Positions 12,661 to 22,900 of a stretch of 64,000 bases of DNA are shown one piece after another. A program made the position numbers and the translations under genes. Under the pieces are notes generated by a model, which worked only from the letters and a program-made list of their open reading frames with translations, was not told the DNA's origin and made no database searches. This DNA comes from Asterias rubens (taxonomy: Eukaryota): positions 1,488,001-1,552,000 of the forward strand of contig NC_047082.1 of the NCBI RefSeq assembly GCF_902459465.1, given 5' to 3'. How positions within the stretch are numbered: position 1 is the first letter of the stretch; each line of letters begins with the position of its first letter.

Positions 12661-12960
12661 AGACTTGCCATGTAAATCTATTGGTATTGAAATGATTAGT
12701 CTGGTTCCCAGACCCAAAAATCTCCGACTAGGCTCTGTCGAATTTAGGTTTTTAACAAGAGACGTCAAGGAATCTTTGGTCAGGGGACCAGACTATGAAA
12801 TGATGGGCATAATTCCACCTATAAGCCACACTCACTCAAACTGGCTCCACTGATTACATAGACTGGTACCCTGTATTTCTGCAGGCACTTGCTTATCAAA
12901 ACCAGTGATTCCATTGGATAAACGTGCAGTGACGTAATAAGCTCTCTATATCTGTGTTTT

Positions 12961-13111
12961 GGGTGCGTTCGTTTAGCTTCCCTGGGTCGACCCCGGTGTG
13001 TGGCGGTTTTTTTTTCCAGGACGAACGTGTGCAGATAATTACCCACGTTCGTCCTGGACAAAAACCCCGCCACACACCGGGGTCGACCCAGGGAAGCTAA
13101 ACGACGCACCC
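12961..13111. mobile_element. 151-bp near-perfect hairpin MITE (GGG..CCC termini)
   Basis: GGGTGCGTTCGTTTAGCTTCCCTGGGTCGACCCCGGTGTGTGGCGG...CCGCCACACACCGGGGTCGACCCAGGGAAGCTAAACGACGCACCC. Confidence 0.85.
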
Positions 13112-13399
13112 TTTAATTGGTCCATGTTGACGTATGCAGGATGTATGAGTAGTGATTTCGCAAAACCGCCTCTAGCAAAAGAGAGAAAGTCAATAACAAC
13201 AGTACACTGCACGCACCATGAAGCAATGTTTATAGCGTCAAGCAGACGAGTTGACACCCAATTATAGTGGTTCGTGTTTTTAACGCAGATTTTGTAGACA
13301 TTCATATCACGCTTAACCGAATTCCCTTTGACCAAGTGCAGTCAATGTTGACAGTAGCCGTAAGGCATTTGTTTCGTTTTTTTCTCAACTTTTGTTGAC

Positions 13400-13785
13400 C
13401 CGAAAATCCAGCCGTCTGAGTCGGCATTTGAGAAACTTCTCTCGAATACAGGATTTGAGGCATTGCATGGTGAGGTATCAATGTATATTTGGTTTGCGGT
13501 AACACCATGTGTGTATCTACTTGCCAGGTAGAGTTGTTCTTAGGAACTGTCTTGCTTTATTCTACTGCCGTGGAATAGATAAATGGAGGTTTGGGAGACT
13601 TCTCAGTTCTGAAAAGAACTGTCCTGCTTTTTAACTATTACCAGGGCGGATGGTATAGAAAGTAGACTGGACTACTACTTTAGCTTATAGGATCGTAATT
13701 AACTGTACTGCCGCGGAGTCGGTTCTGAAATTGGTCTCAACGTTTCGACTAGCTTGCTCTAGTCATCGTCAGGAGACTGAATAGT
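13400..13785 (-). mobile_element. Probable Penelope-like element terminal (pLTR) fragment carrying the hammerhead
   Basis: It contains the minimal hammerhead typical of Penelope-like elements. Segment 13488-13611 recurs near-identically at 55868-55992, so it is an interspersed repeat. No RT or GIY-YIG coding sequence is seen; boundaries are approximate. Confidence 0.55.
13734..13777 (-). ncRNA. Minimal type-I hammerhead ribozyme motif
   Basis: The minus strand reads GUCUC-CUGACGA-U-GACUAG-AGCAAG-CUAGUC-GAAA-CGU-U-GAGAC. This gives a 5-bp stem I, an intact core, a 6-bp stem II, a loop-less palindromic stem III (ACGU) and a GUU cleavage triplet. Confidence 0.75.
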
Positions 13786-14299
13786 GAATATAAAAGTTTG
13801 AATGGAAAAGTACAACTGATTTTACCTCAAAGTCAAATTTTCGACGTAAGCTTTTTAAATACTTTTTTAATATAGGGTTTGTTGTTTTAATAACTCTGGA
13901 CTTTATTAAAACGCCGAAAAAAAAAAAACGTACAAAAACGGGATTTTGTTTGCTTCAGTGGCTGAAAAAAATATATTGTGTACACGGCATTTGGGAATCG
14001 TTGCAGACATTTCGGAGGCTTCCTACGGGTTAGATTTTGCTCGTTTCACGGCAGGACCATCACTGCTTCAGAAGCGAGTTTTTCTCGTCAACGATCTTAT
14101 TCTTGGTGAGTGTTTGTCACTTTTTGTTGTTGTCCTATAAGGGTCGTGTACAATAATAATTTTGTAAAGTTTTAAATAACACAGACCTTGTAAATGTTTT
14201 CATATATATTTTCTAAATAGATGGAAATTTGCATCAGGAATAAAGAATATAAATTTTGTGGTTTTAACCATTTACTTCGATGTGTGTTAGCACTGTGCA

Positions 14300-14440
14300 C
14301 TCAGTACTTTCCCGAGCTCTGTGGAAAAAAAATCACAGACATATTACTCGGGTGGGATTCAAACCCACGACTTTGCATCTAGAGCAATTTATATAACCAA
14401 CTAGACCACCGAGATTGGCCGGTAGCTAGAGGCAGTTTGA
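14300..14440 (-). mobile_element. SINE-like element fragment
   Basis: A B-box-like gggattcaaacccacgac on the + strand and an A-box-like segment downstream, consistent with a minus-strand pol III head. Confidence 0.45.
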
Positions 14441-14772
14441 ATATTATACTAAATTATTTAATAGATGGAAATTTGCATCGGGCATAAATATGTTTTGGTT
14501 TTACCCATACATATACACCGATGTGTGTATTTTGTTAATCTCTACTCTAAAAAATCAGTAAAGATGTTTACCTCTTGTCTACGTAAATAAGGATTAAGTA
14601 AGTTTTACTCAAGAAAAAACAAATACTGTTTGTGTAGAATACTACACATTTGCCAAGGCATTTTCTCCTTGGTAAAGGGCACCCTATGAGGAAACTGTAA
14701 CTGGATCTGGAGCATTTCAAGGGCAACAAGGCAATGACCAATTGTAGGCAATCGCCTTGGTGTTGCCTCTGT

Positions 14773-15157
14773 TTAAGACAGTGGACAGTATTGGTTATTT
14801 TCAAAGACTAGTCTTCACAGTTGGTGTATCTCAACATCTGCGTAAAATACCAAACCTGTGAAAATTTGAGCTTGATCGATCATCGAAGTTGCGAGATAAT
14901 AATGAAAGAAAAAACACCCTTGTCACACGAAGTTGTGTGCTTTCTGATGCTTGATTTCGAGACCTCAAATTCTAAACTCGAGGTCTCGAAATCAAATTCG
15001 TGGAAAATTACTTCTTTCTCGAAAACTACGTCACGTCAGAGGGAGCTGTTTCTCACAATGTTTTATACTATCAACCTCTCCCCATTACTCGTAATCAAGA
15101 AAGGTTTTATGATGATAATTATTTTGAGTAATTACCAATAGTGTCCACTGCCTTTAA
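14773..15157 (+). mobile_element. MITE family A, full copy
   Basis: TTAA..GACAGTGGACAGTATTGG ... CCAATAGTGTCCACTGCCT TTAA. Confidence 0.8.
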
Positions 15158-15986
15158 GTATCGGGCCTGCATTTGGGCTGAAGGTAACTGCATGTTTGAT
15201 TAGAGACAACACCATAAACACAATTCCTGCGAGCAGACTATGTAATAACATGGAGGTATTGAAATAATAACAATCTTCTTGGAAGCACTGTCGGCTCTGG
15301 TTTTGTCAGACCTTTTATTTACAATTCAAACTGCCATTGACGAAACCTCCTGGTTGCAAAGTCAATGTAGCTCCAGCCTAGCAATCATCAATACTTTCAG
15401 TGAGTACTCTCCTCAATCATAATCTTTCTCGAACAGCAATAACTACCACAAAGCCAAATTCTCTCTGCTTTTTTGATACATCCACGGTATTATTATTATT
15501 ACTTTTTATGTATAAATACTTATACGTATGTTACTTCATCTATACTTTATTTGTACAAGTGGTTAAGGGCAGTGGACACTGCACTATTAGTAATTACTCA
15601 AAATAATTATCAGCATAAAATCTCACTTGGTAACGAGTAATGGGGAGAGGTTGATAGTAAAACACATTGTGAGAAACGGCTCCCTCTGAAGTGACGTATT
15701 TTTCACGAATGAAGTAATTTTCGAGACCTCAGATTTAGGATGTGAGGTCTCGTAATCAAACATCTGAAAGTATATAACTTCATGTGATAAGGGTATTTTT
15801 TTTCTCGTAGTTAACTTGCAAGTTTTCATAGGTTTGTCATTTTATGTATTATGTTGAGTGCCACCAAGTGAAAATACTGGCCCTTGAAGGACAGCAGTAT
15901 TAATATCGAAGCACTGGACGCGCTTTAACGAGAGATATTTTATTTGACTGTCAGTTTGCAGTACCTATTGCGTCTTAACCTATCTT

Positions 15987-16429
15987 TAGCTTCCTCAGGG
16001 GGCCACTTTGTGCTTCGTGGCTCCCGGTGTAGATGTTACTATCTACAACATTAGTTTTGATGTAAATCGATTGACGTGAGGGAAATTTGGCAAGGGGGTA
16101 TTTTGGGGACGTAGTTGGAGTCATGGTGTCCAAGTATAGGGAATCGGACGTGGGATAAACGTTTTAGAATAATTATTCACTTAATGCAAATATTTAGTCG
16201 TGAGAATTACACTACGCACTACAGATCTGCATAAAAGTGAATAATTAATTTAAAACGTTTCTTTAACGCCTGATTCCCTATTTGCACACCATGACTTCAA
16301 CTACGTACCCGAAATACCCCTTTGCCAAAATGTTTGAGATGAATATCAAATGCAATGCTGTGAATAACTCCAGAAGACACATCCAGCCCCGGGAGCCACG
16401 AATGACAAAATGGCCCCCTAAAGAAGCTA
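15987..16429. mobile_element. TA-flanked foldback MITE with about 170-bp imperfect arms
   Basis: tagcttcctcagggggccactttgtgcttcgtggctcccgg / ccgggagccacgaatgacaaaatggccccctaaagaagcta, plus the inner pair gggggtattttggggacgtagttggagtcatggtg / caccatgacttcaactacgtacccgaaatacccc. Confidence 0.7.
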
Positions 16430-16529
16430 AAGACAGGTGATGAATACATATAGCTGGTCAAACCGTACAAGAAACTGTCGTGACAGTATAACCAAAGTGC
16501 ATACTTCATGAAATTCTTTCCTGATAGTA

Positions 16530-16862
16530 TAGTGGCCGAGCGGTTAAGAGCACCGATTTCAAACTTAAGTGTCAGCAAAGAGTTCGAATCCCCAGCCGTG
16601 ACACATAACATTGTTTCATCCTTCGGATGGGACGCAAAGCCGTTGTCCCCGAGTGTTGTGTAACACATATAAAAGAACCCAGTGCTCGAAAATTTAAGGG
16701 GTGTGCCCCGGTGTTCCTATGTGGCTGTTTAATGCGCCGTATAGCACCTTGTAAACCACGGTGCAACATGTTGGTTCTCAGAGTGCATAACTTTCAATAA
16801 CCAATCTTTCTGTATAATATAGTAGGCGCCTTGAGTACCTTTATTGGTGCACTATTTAAGAC
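16530..16862 (+). mobile_element. tRNA-derived SINE, same head but different body
   Basis: TGGCCGAGCGGTTAAGAGCACCG...GAGTTCGAATCCCCAGCCGTGACAC is followed by a body unrelated to the 3251 family. Confidence 0.7.
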
Positions 16863-17788
16863 TTCTAACCATGCATGAGAGAGATTTGTTTTATCATTGT
16901 GACGGCAATACACGCCAATAGTTTACTGAATATGGGATGTGAATATATTTCACTGTGCCTAAAACAAAACACACAAGTCTTTGTTTCATCACTTGAAGGA
17001 TATTCAGCGAGCAAAGTCCGTTTGAACGTGTATCCAATTGCATACAGTAACGCCATAGTTTCCTCCTGGTTTTAATGTTTTGTTAAAAGATAGTCCCCCT
17101 CAAAAGAACACCTGCACTATCAAGGTTACCAGAATCCCTACAAAATTCATTCGTTTTGAAATAACTCCCTTCTGCTTCGATACGTAGCAATGACAAATCA
17201 GTTTAGAATAACCTTGATCCCCAACCTAATACATTTAGAATACCTGTATCCATGTGTAAATTATGTACACAGCTGGATATTTTGGGTTTCGAAATGCAGT
17301 GTTGCTTTTAACCAACTTTATGAGTAGCTGCATGGGCGATGATGTGATATTTCAGCTAATAAAAAGCAGATTATCCGGAGTTATGAACACTTATTTCTAT
17401 TATGAAAACAGGATCGGTACGAACTGACTGCACTTGAAGTAAAAGTTTAATCAGTTTGTTCGTGAGTTTCAATAGTGAAACCCTTCACTTCGCAGCAGAG
17501 CACAGATTTGGTGCTGCACTTTTCGGCTTAAAGAGTTTTATGCTATATAGTCTTGATAACAGGGCATTTCTAAGTGCTGCAAACGAAATTGCTTAGCATA
17601 AACAAAATTATGGTTAGGAGTAAGGTTACCAACAGCCTTAATACTATGTCACACCTGGTATGTTACTGGTATCCTGCTCTATTTCGCTAAGCAGAAGAAA
17701 GTTAAACAATTGTTTGGTGCGTATGAATTTTTATGAAGTTGGGCCCTTGTCGCTGTGAAGCGCAGGGAATATCCGGTAAACAGCGCCG

Positions 17789-18165
17789 TGAAGACTATGG
17801 ACACATTTGGTAATTGCCAAAGACCAGTCTTCTCACTTGGTGTATCTCAACATAATATGCACTAAATAACAAACCTGTGAAAATTTGAACTCAATTGGTC
17901 GTCGAAGTTGCAAGATAATAATGGAAGAAAAACACAATTGTCACACGAAGTTGTGTGCTTTCAGATGCTTGATTTCGAGACCTCAAAATCTAATTCTGAG
18001 GACTCGAAATCAAATTCAAAAAAGAGGAAACCATATACGTTACTTGAGACGGAGCCGTTTCTCTCAATGTTTTATACTAACAACAGCTCGCTCTGCTTGT
18101 TACCGAGTAAGTTTTATGCACAATTATTTTTTAGTAATTACCAATATAGTGTCCAATGCCTTTAA
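17789..18165 (+). mobile_element. MITE family A, full copy
   Basis: Same body (gaccagtcttctcacttggtgtatctcaac...gagacctcaaaatctaattctgag) and right TIR ending gcct|ttaa. Confidence 0.75.
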
Positions 18166-18542
18166 GGCCCTTTTTGTTGTGGTTATCAAATTGAATACCC
18201 ATCCAGGTAATTAATTGGGAGCTAGTCAAGGACAGCATTAGAGGGCGTTTGGACTGATAAATTATGTTGACAGGATGTTCTTGATTTTTACTCTATATAC
18301 CCCTTTCAATAGAGCAAAATGTATTCATAATTATTTTCTATGGGAATTCATCATTGTCACGATTTGCTAAACAGTTCAAGAGGCAATTTATCTTAAAGCC
18401 ATTGGACCCTTTTGGTAAACACTATTGTCCAAGGCCCATATTTCAAGGGAAGTCTTTCACCACTACCTTCTGTAAACCCTGTAAGTTATTTGTAAATCTG
18501 TGAACTTTTTGGGTTTTTCTGTACCGAAAGGGTCCAATGGCT

Positions 18543-19102
18543 TTAAAGTCACCTGGAAATAGATTTTTTTTTCTTTCAAACATAAGAGTATATGCTTACG
18601 AACAATAAAACAATTTTTTTAGTAATTGTTTGTCACGATTTATATGTTTAAAAAATATATAAAGCTGTTGGGGGGCTGACTCCGCCTACCCCTTTTGTGA
18701 CGTCAATCGAGGCAGACTTTGCCTGCAATGCGTATAGTAAACACACGTGCAAAGTGCATGTACGTCCAAGTCGTGAGTTGGTACATTTCAAAAAGTGTTT
18801 TTCTGCATTCAGCAGCAATACACCTGGTCGGCATTGCCGGAAAAAAACATTTTTTTTTTGAAACGTACAAACTCACGACTTTGCAATTGTGTTTACTCTA
18901 CGCATTACAGGCAAAGTCTGCCTCGATTTACGTCACGAACAGCGCCCTCTCGGGTCGGGGTCTACTCTTAAATTTGTAAGTAACATAATTACTGATTTTT
19001 TAAAACCTTAGTTAACTGTTTATTCACATTCCACTCATCAAAACACATATATTAGTGACAAAAGCTTTATTTTGAAAAAATACCACTTCCAGGTGACTTT
19101 AA
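18543..19102 (+). mobile_element. TTAA-flanked MITE family D (about 560 bp)
   Basis: TTAA|AGTCACCTGGAA...TTCCAGGTGACT|TTAA. An inverted partial copy lies at about 32806-33200. Confidence 0.8.
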
Positions 19103-19336
19103 CTAAAAGATTGTCTCCTTTATGCTTTTCGAAATGGGAGAGGGTACAAGCTGGTACTTTTATGATGTTCGACCCTCCTTGCTGACTCAATGAGGGCAAA
19201 ATGAATATATTCACTGCGCAGAATTGTTCGGCGAGAATCTGGCAATACGTCATTTTAAAGTGGCGTGTTTTTATTCTACTATACACGTTGAATGCGCACA
19301 AGTTTTCTTTCAACAACGACGGTAGGGGAAACAGGA

Positions 19337-19594
19337 NNNNNNNNNNNNNNNNNNNNNNNNNNNNNNNNNNNNNNNNNNNNNNNNNNNNNNNNNNNNNNNN
19401 NNNNNNNNNNNNNNNNNNNNNNNNNNNNNNNNNNNNNNNNNNNNNNNNNNNNNNNNNNNNNNNNNNNNNNNNNNNNNNNNNNNNNNNNNNNNNNNNNNNN
19501 NNNNNNNNNNNNNNNNNNNNNNNNNNNNNNNNNNNNNNNNNNNNNNNNNNNNNNNNNNNNNNNNNNNNNNNNNNNNNNNNNNNNNNNNNNNNNN
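19337..19594. other. Assembly gap (other gaps: 25014-25195, 45182-45325, 53899-54410)
   Basis: Runs of N. Confidence 1.
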
Positions 19595-19907
19595 TGGACA
19601 ACCCACATAAAATTGAGTTAAGATGTCACTGTATTTTGTGTTTTAATTTAACACTGTTGATATTTTATGTTTTAAAGGTATAGGGGCATGAATAGACCCC
19701 TGCATATTGGCCGCCATCTTTGATGAAACGTGCACGCGTTAAAGGTTATCATTGGCTTGCACTTTCCATTGTGCTACATCAAAGATGGCGGTCAATGACG
19801 TCATGTGCAATCTGTCTAATAGGCCTCCTGGGGACGTTTTAAATAATGAAGTATTCTAAACAAAACTAGACTTTATGTTTGTTTGTAGGCATTTCGTTTC
19901 TCCAATC

Positions 19908-22900
19908 ATGATGGAGAATTCTAGACCCTCATTCCATTGGGCAGATTATCTGGTCTTCGGCGCCATGTTGATGACGTCATCCGCCATTGGCATCTTCTAC
20001 GCGTTCAAAAGTAGAAAGAACAACTCGTCTGGAGAGTTCATGCTGGCAAGCCGGAAAGTATGTTACATTTTTTGAGGGACTGAAATTTGGTTGAGGGCAC
20101 TGTTCAGTTATCATATGTTTTGTTTAGATGATTTTCCTAAAAGGGAATTTTGCAAAGCTCCTACATTGGGGATTATAGAAGCCGAAGCTAGCAACAGCTA
20201 ATCTCTCTCATACGAACACATGTTTTTTTTTAACCGTTTGGTTGTTTAATCCTACGTAAGTGAAGTTGTATACAAGAAAACTAACATCTGGAAATTTCAT
20301 TTCAAAAGGTGGTCGCTTTTGTAAGATATCGCCGAAAACCCGGAGCGGTGTCCAAGCAGGAATACACAATAACGCTTCTCATATTCAAATTGTTACATAA
20401 AAAAATGTTTCTCTAAAATGCTTTAAACTTTCGAAAGCTGCTTTAGGCGTCCAACCAACAGATTTTTATTGCCATTCATTTCATCCTAGATGACTTTCTT
20501 CCCGGTGTCCATGTCCCTGACGGCCACCCTATTGACCGGTATCTACCTGCAAGGTAGCGTGTCTGAAACCTACCTACGTGGAGTGTTTCTGTACATGGGT
20601 TCCATCGTACCCTTCACCATAGCTGGGACTATTGCTGGTTTGGTGTTCATGCCTAAGTTCTACAAAATGCGACTCACCAGTATTTATGAGGTATGTACGG
20701 AGCTCCAGGAGTGCCATCCCACATATTGAGATACCGACATAATTTATCTCATCAAGACGACTTATTTCGTGGTATAAGTTAACTTACCGACATATTTTAT
20801 CTAGCTTAGTCGACTTATTCAAAACAATTAGTCGACTAAGCAACATAGTTTATCTCACCAAGTCGACTTAGATAAAACAAAAAGTCGACTTGCTGACATA
20901 ATTTGTCTCGCCAAGTCGACTTACTGAGAGTACTAAGTCGACTTACTGACATAAATTATCTCGCCAAGTCGACTTACTGAGGGTACTAACTCGACTTACT
21001 GACATAATTTATCTCGCCAAGTCGACTTAGATAAAACAATAAGTCAACTTGCTGACATAATTTTTTTCAACAAGTCGACTTACTGAATGTAATAAGTCGA
21101 CTTACTGACATAATTTATCTCACCAAGTCGACTTAGATAAAACAATAAGTCAACTTGCTGACATAACTTATTTCGCCAAGTTGAATTACTGAGAATATTA
21201 AGTCGACTTTCTGACAAAATATGTATCTTCAAGTCGACTTAGATAACATAATTAGTCGACTTACTGAGAGTACTAAGTCGACTTACTGACATAATTTATC
21301 TCGCCAAGTCGACTTAGATAAAACAATAAGTCAACTTGCTGACATAATTTACCTCACCAAGTCGACTTACTGAGAGTAATAAGTCAACTTACTGATAAAA
21401 ATTATCTCACCTAGTCGACTTAGATAAAATAATAAGTCAACTTACTGATATAATTTATATCGACAAGTTGACTTACAGAAACCAAGAAGTCAACATAAAT
21501 CAATTGATGGTTAGACATGTTTGAACACGTCATCTGTACAATAGTGGCACATAATTTTATGCACCTGACAAATATATGCATGGATATTCTTTACAAGGTT
21601 TTGTGAATAGATTCACATGGTTCGTTGAATATAAGGCGTTGGTTGTGGCGACAACAACCTTTTTATCCTTTTGACAACGGCTGATGGTTGCACTTTGGTA
21701 TTGTCACTTTTCAACTCGGCTCCGTTACGTGCTGTCTGGTACCTTCCATTATACATTTTGTTGTGAAGATTTTAATTGTGTAAAGGCTTATAGTTTGATG
21801 AATAATATGACGAAAACAAACTTTTATCCTTTTGAACTGAATTCATGATTTATTGTCTCATTCTTCTCACGTAGTAGGGTCAAAACGTCAGGCCAGTAAC
21901 ACTATTTTGCAAGTACTACACCATGTAGTGTTAGTTGGACGCAGTTTGCTAACAGCCATTACCATTTTTTAAATAAAATCAGTAAATTAATAATTTTGCT
22001 TGTTACATAAAATAAAATTGAAGAGGATGCCTGAATTGACTAATACAATCGGAGTTGGACGAGGTGTAGACTGGATTCAAGTCTTAGATTGTGGTTATTT
22101 TTCTGTATCCAAGGCACGAAAAACGCCCCCACATTATTAGCGATCACGCGGGCCCTAACTCGCAATCTCAATACACACACGTTGCAACGTGTGCAGGCTG
22201 TGTATAAGTAAACTTCTTAATTAGTCGACTGGTTGAGATGAATTATGTCAGTAAGTCCATTTATCATTTTATCTAGGTCGACTTGGTGAGATAATATGTC
22301 AGTAAGTCGACTTGCCATTTTATCTATAAAGTCGACTTGGTGAGATAAATTATGTCAGTAAGTCGACTTATTACTCTCGGTAAGTCGACTTGTTGAAATA
22401 AATTATGTCAGCAAGTTGACTTATTGTTTTATCTAAGTCGACTTGGCGAGGTAAATTATGTCAGTATGTCGACTTAGTACTCTCAGTAAGTCGACTTGGT
22501 GAGGTAAATTATGTCAGCAAGTTGACTTATTGTTTTATCTAAGTCGACTTGGCGAGGTAAATTATGTCAGTATGTCGACTTAGTACTCTCAGTAAATCGA
22601 CTTGTTGAAATAAATTATTTCAGCAAGTTGACTTATTGTTTTATCTAAGTCGACTTGGCGAGGTAAATTATGTCAGTAAGTCGACTTGGTACTCTCAGTA
22701 AGTCGACTTGTTGAAAAAAATTGCGTCAGCAAGTTGACTTATTGTTTTATCTAAGTCGACTTGGCGAGATAAGTTATGTCGGTAAGTTGGCTTAGTACTC
22801 TCAGTAAGTTGACTTGGCAAGACAAATTATGTCAGCAAGTCGACCTTTTGTTTTATCTAAGTCGACTTGGTGAGATAAACTATGTTGCTAATAGTCGACT

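Noticed and set aside
14030-14111. Possible 5' UTR first exon of SLC5 (donor gtgagt at 14106)
   Set aside because: Plausible, since exon 19889 has an acceptor before the ATG, but a lone donor motif is insufficient without transcript data.
4304-18214. Recurrent short ORFs with FQMLDFETSKS-like peptides (4304, 11026, 11569, 14821, 15623, 17908)
   Set aside because: These are chance translations of MITE family A. Frames and stops differ between copies and there is no transposase motif.
19038-19683. Long ORFs spanning N runs (also about 25000, 45100, 53800)
   Set aside because: Artefacts of translating assembly gaps.
21871-21895. Possible second hammerhead (gtagggtcaaaacgtcagg)
   Set aside because: GAAA is broken (CAAAAC) and no CUGAnGA core or stem II partner is found upstream; at most a decayed relic.
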